Positions 38,053 through 50,187 of a stretch of 64,000 nt of DNA are shown in pieces. Below the pieces are notes generated by a model. The model was not told the DNA's origin and searched no databases. It saw nothing but the letters and a program-made list of their open reading frames with translations. Source of the DNA: Fibrobacteria bacterium (lineage in GTDB: Bacteria; Fibrobacterota; Fibrobacteria; UBA11236; JADFYW01); contig JBNKOC010000028.1 of the NCBI GenBank assembly GCA_050294405.1, forward strand, positions 1-64,000, written 5' to 3'. The translations under genes were made by a program, and so were the position numbers. The number at the start of each line of letters is the position of its first letter. Position 1 is the stretch's first letter.

Positions 38053-41000
38053 CTATTTAATCACGCCAACCCGGCTCCATTTTTGCTTTTTGCCACCGGA
38101 TTTAAACCAAACTTCCACTAATAGAGTATACACATCCGCACCCAAATTGGAAAAATTTATAGGCCTGCTGTGGTTTCCCTGAGTTTCAAAACCTGTAAAT
38201 ACTTTATCCAATACCAAAAGACCGGATAAATCATACACCCTTATTCTTGCTTTTTGGGCTGGCGCCCCTAAATCGAGAAATACATTGGCAATATTTCCCG
38301 TAACAGGGCTTGGATATATATGAAAATCTCTAATTTCCTTGCTTAATTTTTGATCTTTTGGGGCAGATAAATTTTCCACAGAATAGGCTCCCATTCGGGC
38401 TGCAGCTCCCCCTACAGCTAACCAGGCAGCTTCAGGGCTTTTTTTAGCTTCCGGGAAAATCCAGGAGTTTAATACTCCTCTTCCCGATTGGGAAAACAAA
38501 ACCATACCCGAGCCATTGCTATTGGAAGCCAAGCTGATGTTAACATAAGGAGATGCTGTTGTGTCAAAACTGATGGATCCCGCTGCCAAAGGCCAGTCTT
38601 TTCTGTCACTGGACTTGATTCCAGACTGAAGGGCAATATTGCTTTTGGAGTTGTAGCTGGAGGTTTGAAGAAATTCTCCTTTCCCATCCAAAGCCCATAT
38701 TAAGCCATCTGGCGTAGCAATTAAAATCACTGGACCGCTTTCCTTAGTCAATTCAAATATCAAAGGGGTGGATTGCACTACGGTTCCCGGATACTCTGCA
38801 GAGGAATAATAAAGCCCCACATTTTGTTTTTCCGAAAGGTTAGTGGCCCACATTAAATTGCCCAGATGGTTAATGGCGGCCAATTTATTGGGAGCAGTAA
38901 ACACAATATCGGGATAGCCATCCATATTAATATCCCCCAAAGCAGGGGCGCTCATATCCTGGGTAATCACTTCTGGATTTCCCAAGGAATCCACAAATAT
39001 TTTAAAACGCTCCAGTTCCAGGGGAAAGTTGGGAAAAGACTCTCCTTCCAAATTCACCAATTGCACGCTTCCCCGGCTTCCAAACACCAATACATCATAA
39101 TTTCCATCTCTGTCAAAATCCGAACTCAATACATGGAAATATTCAGAAGCAGAAGCCCATTTATCCACAAGCTTTTGAGAAGTGCCATTACTCAAATTAA
39201 CCAAAACCAATTCTCCTGAATTGGCTGCCAGAGCCATATATCCTTCGGTATTACTTTGAGGTACATAACAGATATTTTGGTATTTAAGGGCTGGAACTGC
39301 AATGTTATCTATTTCTGAATTGTCCCGTCCAAATGAAATCAGCTCGTTATTTTTACTTAATATCCAGATTTTGTTTTGCGCCACCATGGGACCTAATAAA
39401 CCATTTGTCAAAAGTTCAGCCCTGGTATAAGCCTCGCTATTGCTACTATCTATCGGATTACTTTTTGTTTCATAAGCCCAAAGTTTTCCCGATTCAGCAA
39501 GCACAAAAAATAGAGAATCAAAACCTGCCGCCGAGCCTTTTATTTTTTCCTGGGCAGAGCCATAGGAAAAAGCGGGTAAAAATAAAGAATCAGTATTTTT
39601 TCCTGTGGGCAATAATGTGAGTAAAGAGTCGTACTCTTTAGTTAAAAGCAAAGTATCCTGCACAGGTAAAATGGGTTTTCCAGCAATATCGAACGCCTGA
39701 TAAATGCCCTCATCGCTCAAAGACAAAACAGTTATATCATCTTTAAAATTAAAATTTATAAGACCCTGGGGCTGTGTGTTCACTGGGGTTTCCAGTGGCC
39801 AAAAGGAATTTTCCGCCTTTTGAATTTGAGGGTTGTCATTCCAGGAAACACGCAGTGAAAGAAGACTATCCCCAAAATTAAAAATAGAATCCTGAAAGAT
39901 GCCATTGATTCCTGGTTGCAAGGAAATATCTTCTGGAACTAAAGCCCTAAGGCTAATATGGCTTCTTCCGTCATTCCAACTATTGGTGTTGCTAAAACCA
40001 TAAGGGCTTATGTAAGTGAGGGTATCGATTTCCCAGGTGGTGTCGCTTCCACTGGCATCTTTAATGCTTTTTCGAATATGGGGCAACATATCCGATCCCG
40101 AACCAAAATCAAAAACCGACTGACCCAATTGATCTTTGCCTTCTTTTCCGATGGAAAGATCTCCATCGGCTTCCACCAGGTTGATACCCACAAACTCCTT
40201 GGATTCATCTGAAGAGGCATTCACAAAACCATAGCGAATGGCTTGCGATATATACCATTCATTAACATGCCAAACTAGAATACCGGAGCCTGGAAGTCCC
40301 ATGTCGTAACTGCTTGCCGAAGTAATAATTCCTTTAGGCCGTTTTTTATTTACTTCACAATTTTTCCCTTTAGAATCGCATAGGGAATCCAACATTAGGG
40401 AATCAATAAATGAAATGGGAATGGTTACAGAACTATCTTTATCAAACTCAGGATTATTTTTATTGCTTTGGTAACTGAATTCTATGGTAATAGAATCATT
40501 CAAAGCCCGCTGCCGGTTTTCCACCAGTAAATATTCTTTGTCATTCAAAGGAATTTTCAGAGAAGGAATAGCCCCTTGCCTGGGCGCACTGGTAAGCTGA
40601 GGCGGATATAGCATATAATCATTGCGACCATCGTCTGCGGGGTAAGCTATAATAGGCTCTTCCCAGCCCATAAAATAGCGAATCCAGGCAGAGGGAAAAA
40701 CAGGAACAAATCCAAAAATGGAAAGATGCCCCACATCCATCAAATCAAAATATCCCAGCTGGGTAAAACCAGTACCCCGGTCCCAGGTATCCGGCATTCC
40801 AATTTGCCTGGCGATTTGGTTCACTAATATTCCGTTAATGCCAAAGTTCACCTCATCCTGGGAGGCGGACTCACCCAAAACCATAATTTCAGTTATCCTT
40901 TTATCCCCATCCCCCACTAAAATTCCCAATGTATCTTCGGGCTGTGGTAAAAGAGGGTTGCCCAAGTTTTCTTCCGGCAAATCGCTGAGTAAGGAAAAAT

Positions 41001-41763
41001 CATCTTTGGTCACAAAAAAGTCCACAATGTCGTGGGGGGTATCCGCACCCAATTGGCCCAAACTTCCCCCGTCGATTAATCCATTATGGCCAGCGTGAAA
41101 AATCATATAACATCGAAAGGTATTTGCTCCAGGTAAAGGCTGAGTAAATGGATTGTCTTCAGCATTTTCAGCACCATCCGCTTTGCGAATGGACTCGGCC
41201 ACAAAAGACATTAAGGCATTTGCTTTACGTTCAAAAAAGACCACATTTTTTTCTTCGTCTTTTTTTGTGGGATTATAGCTAGCCATTCTTTTGGAAAGCT
41301 GAAAAGGGGTTTTGATAGCACCATTGGACTCGGGTTTTGGAAAAATTTGGGAACGGATGTGAAGCCGACCATTTGAAATTTTATTAAAATAATCCTGTGC
41401 AAACTCCATATGCTTTTCCAGATAAAAGCGATAGTCCCTGAATCCGCTGGGGTCCAGGGTGAAATTAGTATCCAGTGCCGAATTAAAAGTGCCTTTGCCT
41501 GTGGTGGAACTATTGTCTTCATCGTCTTCCGATTTGAACTCCACATACATCACAAAAATTTCCAGAGTGTCGGGCACTCCATCCGCAAGGCTTGCTTTTG
41601 CCATGGCTCCTGAAGTTTTAGGCAAAGCACCCAAACGAGTTTGCAAAAGGTTTGAGGCGGGAAGGCTGCGGCTCCATAACATTATGGGGCTCAAAAGAAA
41701 AATTAAAATAATCGAAAATTTCATGTTCTTTGATAATCTACTAGCTGAGTGAGGAAAAGTCAT
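38053..41763 (-). CDS. Large secreted M6-peptidase-like protein with FG-GAP-like repeats and C-terminal sorting-type Ig domain; zinc motif degenerate
   Basis: Signal peptide; IFHAG, GMPD, LM, SAW..MGW, EYLLVENRQ, GILVWHVNE (M6 framework); DFDRDG and GDINMDGYPD repeats; C-terminal YPSP..IRVYDLSG..V..Y. Confidence 0.7.
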   Translation of the reverse strand: MTFPHSASRLSKNMKFSIILIFLLSPIMLWSRSLPASNLLQTRLGALPKTSGAMAKASLADGVPDTLEIFVMYVEFKSEDDEDNSSTTGKGTFNSALDTNFTLDPSGFRDYRFYLEKHMEFAQDYFNKISNGRLHIRSQIFPKPESNGAIKTPFQLSKRMASYNPTKKDEEKNVVFFERKANALMSFVAESIRKADGAENAEDNPFTQPLPGANTFRCYMIFHAGHNGLIDGGSLGQLGADTPHDIVDFFVTKDDFSLLSDLPEENLGNPLLPQPEDTLGILVGDGDKRITEIMVLGESASQDEVNFGINGILVNQIARQIGMPDTWDRGTGFTQLGYFDLMDVGHLSIFGFVPVFPSAWIRYFMGWEEPIIAYPADDGRNDYMLYPPQLTSAPRQGAIPSLKIPLNDKEYLLVENRQRALNDSITIEFSYQSNKNNPEFDKDSSVTIPISFIDSLMLDSLCDSKGKNCEVNKKRPKGIITSASSYDMGLPGSGILVWHVNEWYISQAIRYGFVNASSDESKEFVGINLVEADGDLSIGKEGKDQLGQSVFDFGSGSDMLPHIRKSIKDASGSDTTWEIDTLTYISPYGFSNTNSWNDGRSHISLRALVPEDISLQPGINGIFQDSIFNFGDSLLSLRVSWNDNPQIQKAENSFWPLETPVNTQPQGLINFNFKDDITVLSLSDEGIYQAFDIAGKPILPVQDTLLLTKEYDSLLTLLPTGKNTDSLFLPAFSYGSAQEKIKGSAAGFDSLFFVLAESGKLWAYETKSNPIDSSNSEAYTRAELLTNGLLGPMVAQNKIWILSKNNELISFGRDNSEIDNIAVPALKYQNICYVPQSNTEGYMALAANSGELVLVNLSNGTSQKLVDKWASASEYFHVLSSDFDRDGNYDVLVFGSRGSVQLVNLEGESFPNFPLELERFKIFVDSLGNPEVITQDMSAPALGDINMDGYPDIVFTAPNKLAAINHLGNLMWATNLSEKQNVGLYYSSAEYPGTVVQSTPLIFELTKESGPVILIATPDGLIWALDGKGEFLQTSSYNSKSNIALQSGIKSSDRKDWPLAAGSISFDTTASPYVNISLASNSNGSGMVLFSQSGRGVLNSWIFPEAKKSPEAAWLAVGGAAARMGAYSVENLSAPKDQKLSKEIRDFHIYPSPVTGNIANVFLDLGAPAQKARIRVYDLSGLLVLDKVFTGFETQGNHSRPINFSNLGADVYTLLVEVWFKSGGKKQKWSRVGVIK

Positions 41764-41777
41764 TTTTCCGGCTAGCT

Positions 41778-42476
41778 TTAATTAAGGCTAAGGGAGAATG
41801 GCGATTTTTTCCAAGCTGGGTTCCATTTTACTTTTTTTATTTCCATGGAAAGCAGCTGTTTTCCATTTTGAAAAAAGCGAATTTCATGGGGGAAAACATA
41901 GCTCTGATGCTCTCTGTAGTCCCCATATTTTATTTTATTTTGCTTATGGGCTAACTCAAGCAAATGCCCCGATTTTTTATGGATAAAATATTGTTTGCCC
42001 ATTTTATCGCGGCAAATTGTTTTCTGCCTGTCATGGGATTTACATCCCAAACTATCTCCAAGTATTTCTCCCCACAAAAAACCAAGCAGCAAATGAATAG
42101 ACACATTCTCTAAATTAAAATTGGGCAAATGAACCAGCTCCCCTTCCCCTGACTCATATAGGTTTTGCTCTGGAGCATTTAATACCCAATTGCTATCCCT
42201 AATCCATAAGAATTCTGCCAATTGATTTCCCAAAGGGCCTTTTATGTCCATCTTGTATGCTTTTTTAGGGACCAAAGAAACGATTAAGCCTGCACTGGTT
42301 TTTTTTTTCCCCTCGTACACAGTTATTTTGGCCTTTGCCACCAGGGAATCCACTGGAAAATTCTCAGTTTTTTTTGCCCCTCTTAAGGCAGCCAAACCCG
42401 GATTATATAAAACAGGAGCGGTGCAATTTAACAACAAAAATACAATGAGGAGTTGGAAAAAGGGTAAAAGCTTCAT
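41778..42476 (-). CDS. LolB/DUF4292-like lipoprotein
   Basis: Lipobox LLNC; KGPLG motif, beta-rich body, FPHEI near C-terminus; follows a TPR lipoprotein. Confidence 0.55.
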   Translation of the reverse strand: MKLLPFFQLLIVFLLLNCTAPVLYNPGLAALRGAKKTENFPVDSLVAKAKITVYEGKKKTSAGLIVSLVPKKAYKMDIKGPLGNQLAEFLWIRDSNWVLNAPEQNLYESGEGELVHLPNFNLENVSIHLLLGFLWGEILGDSLGCKSHDRQKTICRDKMGKQYFIHKKSGHLLELAHKQNKIKYGDYREHQSYVFPHEIRFFQNGKQLLSMEIKKVKWNPAWKKSPFSLSLN

Positions 42477-42486
42477 CCCCTATAAA

Positions 42487-44280
42487 TCAATTTAGTTTGG
42501 AATTGGCCAGTTTGTGGTTGGGATTTAATTTCAATATTAAAGCCCACTGCTCCTTAGCAGATTCCACTTCTCCTAATTCTTCCAGAATTAACGCCAAATG
42601 CTCAATAATAGTTACATCTTTAGTGCCGGTTGCCAAAGCCTTTTCAATATACTCTTTAGCCTTTTCAAAATTTTTAACCTTGTAATAATACCAACCTTTG
42701 GAATCCAAATAGGCCCCATTATTTGGTTCAGATTTTAAAGCCCGGTCTATGTATTTAATCGCCAAAGGAAGTTCTTTATTGGCTTCCACTAACATATATC
42801 CCAAATAATTTAAGGCGGCGGAATTGGCGGAATCAATGCTGATTAACTTTTTAAATGCTTCGATACTTTTATTTTCCTGTAGATTCCTTTCGTAAGCCAC
42901 CCCCAATTCAAACAAAACTTTAGGGTCGCCCGGCTCAATCTTAAGAGATTTTTTAAATTTTTCAATGGCCTTGCCACGCATGTAATTGGCCTTTTTGCCT
43001 AAACTGGAATCAGGCTCGGCCTTATTGCGCATTTCCCTATCCAGATACTCTGCGTTGCGGTTAAAAGAAATACCATACAAATACCAGGCATAGGGAGATT
43101 TTTCATGGTGGGTCACCATATCCTTAAAAAGCTTTATAGCCTCCGAATATTTTTCATCACGCATTAAAAATATGCCCAGTTTAGCCCAGTACTCCAGAAT
43201 ATTTTTATTCATGTTTACGGCTTTATGGTATTCCAGGCTGGCCAATGCTTTGTCCCCTAACATATCCCCGCATGAGGCTAGATAATAATGGTAAGTGGAG
43301 TTTTCGGGATACTCTTCAAGAAGTTTTAAAAAATAGCCTTTAGCCTCTTCGTACCTTTCTTTGAAAAAAAGCAATGTAGCGTAGGTATATACAAATTGTT
43401 CTTTTTCGGGATACTCCTTAACCAGCTCCTCGTAATATTGAAAGGCCGAATCGTTTTCTCCCATGGTTAAAAAGGCGCGCGCCACCTGAACTTTATAATA
43501 AATATTCCCTGGTTCTTGCTTGAAAAGAGTTTGATACACTTCCAGAAAGTTGCTGAACATTTCCAAAGATTCATAAACATTCGCCAATCTTTCTCCGAAA
43601 ATATTAAGCCCTGTTTCTTCCCAGGCAGCTTCATACATAGCCACCAGTTGTTTGTATTTCCCCTGGCTTTTGTATAGTTTGGCCATTTTATCCACCAAGC
43701 GTTCCGGGTAATCCACCAAAGGTAAAAGTTTGCTCAATACATCAGACTGCTCTGATATACTGCCTTCCTGTTCATATATGGTGAGAAGGGTGTATAATAC
43801 ATCCCGGTCATACTCATCTAATTTGCGGGCCTTTTTATAATATTCCACCGATTTACCCAAATGGCCCAAGCGCAAATAGGTTTCACCGAGAAGTTTGTAT
43901 TCATGTATATTCTCCTCACCATCAAGGCTCAAACCTCTTAGCCCAAATTCCAGGGCTTTTTTGTACTCTCCCATTTCCTTATGCTTGCGACTGAGAAAAA
44001 AACAAAGCTCCCTGCTTGTGGAGTCGTATTGAAAGGAAATAGTGTAAAAATCCAGGGCCACTTTTTCGTTTCCCAGCATTTCCTGGTGGCGGCCTCTCAC
44101 AAAAAATTCATGAGCCACCGACTTTCTGGTAGCGGATTCTACATCTTTGGATTTTTCCTTAGCAGCGCCCGAATTAGTGGCCGCAGGATTACCCGCACAG
44201 CCGATTAATAAAGCCAAGCCTCCTAAAAATCCTATTAATTTGTTAAATCCTGTTATTCCCATGGCTCTTTTAACATACAA
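42487..44280 (-). CDS. Tetratricopeptide-repeat lipoprotein
   Basis: Lipobox LIGC, many TPR units, C-terminal ALNYLGY..YLDSKGWYYY..IIEHL. Confidence 0.88.
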   Translation of the reverse strand: MYVKRAMGITGFNKLIGFLGGLALLIGCAGNPAATNSGAAKEKSKDVESATRKSVAHEFFVRGRHQEMLGNEKVALDFYTISFQYDSTSRELCFFLSRKHKEMGEYKKALEFGLRGLSLDGEENIHEYKLLGETYLRLGHLGKSVEYYKKARKLDEYDRDVLYTLLTIYEQEGSISEQSDVLSKLLPLVDYPERLVDKMAKLYKSQGKYKQLVAMYEAAWEETGLNIFGERLANVYESLEMFSNFLEVYQTLFKQEPGNIYYKVQVARAFLTMGENDSAFQYYEELVKEYPEKEQFVYTYATLLFFKERYEEAKGYFLKLLEEYPENSTYHYYLASCGDMLGDKALASLEYHKAVNMNKNILEYWAKLGIFLMRDEKYSEAIKLFKDMVTHHEKSPYAWYLYGISFNRNAEYLDREMRNKAEPDSSLGKKANYMRGKAIEKFKKSLKIEPGDPKVLFELGVAYERNLQENKSIEAFKKLISIDSANSAALNYLGYMLVEANKELPLAIKYIDRALKSEPNNGAYLDSKGWYYYKVKNFEKAKEYIEKALATGTKDVTIIEHLALILEELGEVESAKEQWALILKLNPNHKLANSKLN

Positions 44281-44312
44281 AGTTGAATGTTTTGCTTCTA
44301 ACTACCTTATCC

Positions 44313-45071
44313 TTATTCCTTGGAAACAATCAAGTGAATGCTTTTTTCCTTGTCCAGACTAAACCCAGGGGCCGGTGTTTGGCTCAAAACCGTTTTTGGC
44401 AACTGCTTGGAATCTTTTTTGTATTCCACTTTTTTCAGTTTCAGTCCCCAGGTAGCCATAATTCTTTTTGCCTTTGCCAGAGAAAGTCCAATTAAGCGGG
44501 GCGCACTGTCTTTTTTTAGGGCCATCCCGCTACTGGCGTATAAAACCACCGAGGTGTTGGCTTCAATCACTTCTCCGCTTTTTGGTTCAGATTTATAAAC
44601 TACTCCCATGGGAATATTTCGGCTTTTGCGCCATCGTATCTCCCCCAGTTCGAGCCCCATTTGTTGAAGTGTGATTTCACATTGCCGAATACTTTGGCCT
44701 TTAAATTCAGGAAGTGTTATTTGTTTCAAACCTTTGCTCACCGTAGCCCAGACTCGCCTACCCTCTTTTACTTTGGCCTCAGGCAAGGGGCGCTGCTTCA
44801 TAATATTTCCGGCATCAATATCCTGGGAAAACTCAGCAGCCGAATCAATAATTAGGGTTAAATCCAGGCGGGACAACTCATCTTTGGCTTCATCAGGAGT
44901 TTTTCCCTTTAAATCCGGAACAGAAACCGTTTCCTTAAAAGAGCCTGTTAGCCAGGGCATTACAAAAAAATCAAACAAGCCTCCTAAAAGAAGACAAATC
45001 AGTCCCCAAATCCAAATAGCCTTTACGGCGGGTTTAGATAAAATCTCCCACAGCTTTTGCATTAAATTCAA
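44313..45071 (-). CDS. Membrane-anchored triple PASTA-domain protein
   Basis: One TM helix, then VPDLKG, LPEFKG, APRLIG repeats, two with Q-x-P. Confidence 0.88.
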   Translation of the reverse strand: MNLMQKLWEILSKPAVKAIWIWGLICLLLGGLFDFFVMPWLTGSFKETVSVPDLKGKTPDEAKDELSRLDLTLIIDSAAEFSQDIDAGNIMKQRPLPEAKVKEGRRVWATVSKGLKQITLPEFKGQSIRQCEITLQQMGLELGEIRWRKSRNIPMGVVYKSEPKSGEVIEANTSVVLYASSGMALKKDSAPRLIGLSLAKAKRIMATWGLKLKKVEYKKDSKQLPKTVLSQTPAPGFSLDKEKSIHLIVSKE

Positions 45072-45127
45072 ATTAATTATTGATTATGGGATTGGTTAGG
45101 ATTTTCAAAATTTTCCCAATTTCCCAA

Positions 45128-45826
45128 TTAAATACCCAGTTTTAATTCAGACTCGTGAAGGATATAAAGATCCTTTCCCGAAAGAGCAATACTTCCCTTT
45201 TTTTGCAGGTTGCCCAAAACCCTGGAAACGGTTTCTCGGGTAGTACCAGACATTTCGGCCAATTGTTGCTGAGAGGGGCGGTTGTGGATAACCACCACAG
45301 AAGTGCCATCTTTTAACCTGGTTCGAACACCCTGCTCTTCCATAAGCTGCAATATGGTAGCGGCAATCCGTCCATAAACACTCATTAGTGCCAAACTGGA
45401 AATTTGACGATTAGCTTTCCTCAAACGTTTGGACATTTCCACCAACAGCGTCATGGAAAGCTCAGGGAGTTTTTTAAGCTCTTCTAAAAAGTCCTCCCGG
45501 CGGATAGTTACAAGCTCTGAGCGTTCCACCGCTTTTACCGAGGCTGAACGGGGATCTCCATCTAACAAAGACATTTCTCCAAAAAAATCGCCTTCTTTTA
45601 GCAGAGCCAAAATAGCTTCGCGCCCCTCAATTCCAGATATAAATACCTTTACCTGCCCGGAAGCGATAATAAAAAAAGATTGATTGCTATCATCATCTTC
45701 CAGAATAATGACCTCATCTTTTTCATAAAACTTATTAATAGCCATGTTGGACAAAACCTCGAGTTGGCTGTCGTCCAAGGCTGAGAATAAATCCACTCCT
45801 TTTAATAACTCGGTAATATCTGCCAT
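45128..45826 (-). CDS. Crp/Fnr-family transcriptional regulator (cNMP-binding)
   Basis: FFGEMSLL..PRSASV cyclic nucleotide pocket; HTH QQLAEMSGTTRETVSR. Confidence 0.93.
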   Translation of the reverse strand: MADITELLKGVDLFSALDDSQLEVLSNMAINKFYEKDEVIILEDDDSNQSFFIIASGQVKVFISGIEGREAILALLKEGDFFGEMSLLDGDPRSASVKAVERSELVTIRREDFLEELKKLPELSMTLLVEMSKRLRKANRQISSLALMSVYGRIAATILQLMEEQGVRTRLKDGTSVVVIHNRPSQQQLAEMSGTTRETVSRVLGNLQKKGSIALSGKDLYILHESELKLGI

Positions 45827-45840
45827 GAAACCAGGTAACC

Positions 45841-46353
45841 TTAAATTTTATACTTCATTAACAAACGCTTAACTTCGGAGCCTAATTTTTCATCTTCGGC
45901 TTCAGCCAATTTCTGCAGAGCCTTCATATGATCACGCAACTCATTGGTAAAGGAATTACAGGTGCTGGCCATATGCTCCCAATAATCCGAATCGCGCATA
46001 CCAAGATTAACTGTGAGGTCCCCTTTTTTCAGGCTTTCAGACCATTTTTCCACTTTAAAAATCGGAAGCGCCACTTTACGGGAAGCATATGTTCCCACTA
46101 TGGCACCCACAACAAGGGAAACGCCTGTGGCCACCCAAAATCCCGGATATGTTGCTTTTAAATAATACCATGCCGTGCGCAGCCCCTCTAAACCGTCTAT
46201 ATCAACCCGGATAATAAGAAATATCAGCCCCAAGGAACAAAAGGAGGCAACCAGAGATGTTACGATAAACATCAAGGTTAATCGAAATTGAAGGCCGGGC
46301 TTTATAAAGAAATTTATAAGGGGGCGTCTTTTGTATTTTTCCTGGGAATTCAT
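45841..46353 (-). CDS. Two-TM HAMP-domain protein without output domain
   Basis: Two hydrophobic helices, then SRKVALPI..LKKGDLTV..RDSD..MASTCN HAMP pattern; likely start MNSQEK. Confidence 0.65.
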   Translation of the reverse strand: MNSQEKYKRRPLINFFIKPGLQFRLTLMFIVTSLVASFCSLGLIFLIIRVDIDGLEGLRTAWYYLKATYPGFWVATGVSLVVGAIVGTYASRKVALPIFKVEKWSESLKKGDLTVNLGMRDSDYWEHMASTCNSFTNELRDHMKALQKLAEAEDEKLGSEVKRLLMKYKI

Positions 46354-46542
46354 AATCACCTCGTTTTGCAAACTTCCTTTTTTAACACACAAAGGGAATT
46401 ATTAACCACGCCCTCCGCAGGGAGAAATCATTTTCATTTATTGTAAATTAAATTTATTTGGAATGGAAACTTATTTTTTGTTCTAAAATAAAAAATAAGG
46501 CTTTTAACAAAAAATAAGCCGTCCTAATTAATTTAAGGCTGC

Positions 46543-47847
46543 TTATTTGGCAGAAACCATTGATTCTGAGCTTTCCACCGAAATAGTCTGGTGTCTTTTC
46601 GGCCCCAGAGAAATCATGCCAATGGGCACATCGATTTTTTCCGAAAGAGTCGTCAAATAGTTTTTGGCGTTTTGCGGCAAATCTTCCCAATTGGTGATGT
46701 CTTTTGTGGACTCATTCCATCCGGGTACCGATTCGTATATTGGCTCCACTTCTTCTAACAACTCGGACTGACAGGGAAAATTCTCCACAACCTTTCCATT
46801 GATGTTATAGCCCACACACATTTTGATTTCATCAAAATTATCCATAACATCCATTTTGGTTATGGCTAGGTGAGTAAGGCCGTTTACCATAGCCGCTTTT
46901 TTAAGCAGCACTAAATCCACCCAACCGCAGCGACGCGGCCGTCCGGTGGTGGCCCCAAATTCATGTCCCTGGGTTTGCAATTTTTCTCCTAAGGAATCGT
47001 TGAGTTCTGTGGGAAAAGGCCCATTGCCTACACGGGTGGTATAAGCCTTTACAACGCCCACCACTTCATGTATATGGCGGGGTCCGATACCTGAACCCAC
47101 GCAAGCAGCGGCAGCTACCGTGTTGGAGGAAGTAATATAAGGATGCGTTCCATGGTCCAGATCCAAAAAGGTGCCCTGGGCGCCTTCAAACAAAATGTTT
47201 TTCCCAGCTTTTATAGAGTTGTTTAAGTAAACAATAGTGTCGCTTACATAGGGTTTTAAAGCTCGGCCATATTCGATGTACTCCTCGTAAATTTCCGAGG
47301 CAGAAAGGGATGACTCGCCATACAACTTTTGAATATGGCTGTTATACATTTCAGTTATGGAATAAAGCTTGGATTTAAAACCCTTCTCATCCATCAAATC
47401 ACAAATGCGAAGGCCTACTCGTCTTACTTTATCTGTATAAGCAGGCCCAATTCCCCGGCCAGTGGTGCCAATGGCATTTTTTCCAGCGGCAATTTCATTG
47501 AGCTGGTCCATTTTTTTGTGAAAGGGAAAAACCACATGGGCCGATTCCGATAAAAACAACCTGCCGGTAAAATCAATATTTTTTTCTTCCAGCTCTTTGA
47601 GCTCCAAGAGAATCTGTTTAGGGTCAAGTACCACACCGTTACTGATAACGCATACTTTTTCGGGACGCATAATACCTGATGGTACCAAATGAAAAACATA
47701 TTTTTCATCGCCCACTTCCACAGTGTGGCCGGCATTGGCTCCACCTTGAAAGCGAACTACAATATCCGCATCTTCCGTTAAATAGTCGACAACTTTCGCT
47801 TTACCTTCATCTCCCCACTGGGAGCCGATAACCACTCTGTTAGGCAT
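46543..47847 (-). CDS. purA: Adenylosuccinate synthetase
   Basis: QWGDEGKAK, GGANAGHT, EGAQG, TTGRPRRCGW. Confidence 0.97.
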   Translation of the reverse strand: MPNRVVIGSQWGDEGKAKVVDYLTEDADIVVRFQGGANAGHTVEVGDEKYVFHLVPSGIMRPEKVCVISNGVVLDPKQILLELKELEEKNIDFTGRLFLSESAHVVFPFHKKMDQLNEIAAGKNAIGTTGRGIGPAYTDKVRRVGLRICDLMDEKGFKSKLYSITEMYNSHIQKLYGESSLSASEIYEEYIEYGRALKPYVSDTIVYLNNSIKAGKNILFEGAQGTFLDLDHGTHPYITSSNTVAAAACVGSGIGPRHIHEVVGVVKAYTTRVGNGPFPTELNDSLGEKLQTQGHEFGATTGRPRRCGWVDLVLLKKAAMVNGLTHLAITKMDVMDNFDEIKMCVGYNINGKVVENFPCQSELLEEVEPIYESVPGWNESTKDITNWEDLPQNAKNYLTTLSEKIDVPIGMISLGPKRHQTISVESSESMVSAK

Positions 47848-47942
47848 TCCAATTTTCCTTCAATTAGTACGCTTTTGCGCACGGATTATTTCCACATCTT
47901 TTTATAGGGAAGATACTAAAGCAGCTCCCCCCACTCAAATTC

Positions 47943-49880
<1,938 letters not shown>

Positions 49881-49890
49881 TTACCTTGGA

Positions 49891-50187
49891 TTAAACAAAC
49901 ACAATTTCCTGAACGAGATTGCCCCTTAAAAATTCATTTATCTTTTGCGTGATTTCCTGCTTTTTGAAGCGAAGTTCCATCACCCAAACCGCACTTTCAA
50001 CTTTCACCTTTATAACCGGAGGTTTAAACTCCACCAACTGCATAACCTGGGCCAGGCGGGTTCCAAAAATTTTTTCCCAGCCAGCTTTCAATTTTAATTC
50101 CTGCCCATATTTAGATACATTGCTGTCGTCTAATATTTTTTCAATTACAGTGCTAAGTGGAACAGGGCTTCCCTTGCGTGGAATCAT
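49891..50187 (-). CDS. dciA: DUF721/DciA-family helicase loader
   Basis: 98 aa between recF and gyrB; W..IFG...VKVESAVW..EL......I..KIN pattern. Confidence 0.8.
   Translation of the reverse strand: MIPRKGSPVPLSTVIEKILDDSNVSKYGQELKLKAGWEKIFGTRLAQVMQLVEFKPPVIKVKVESAVWVMELRFKKQEITQKINEFLRGNLVQEIVFV

Noticed and set aside
39161..39169. Perfect DnaA box TTATCCACA (another, TGTGGATAA, at 45283-45291)
   Set aside because: Isolated single boxes inside CDSs with no cluster or adjacent unwinding element; expected by chance
45222..45240. parS-like sequence in the Crp gene (RETVSR codons)
   Set aside because: Does not match the palindromic consensus; explained by the Crp recognition helix
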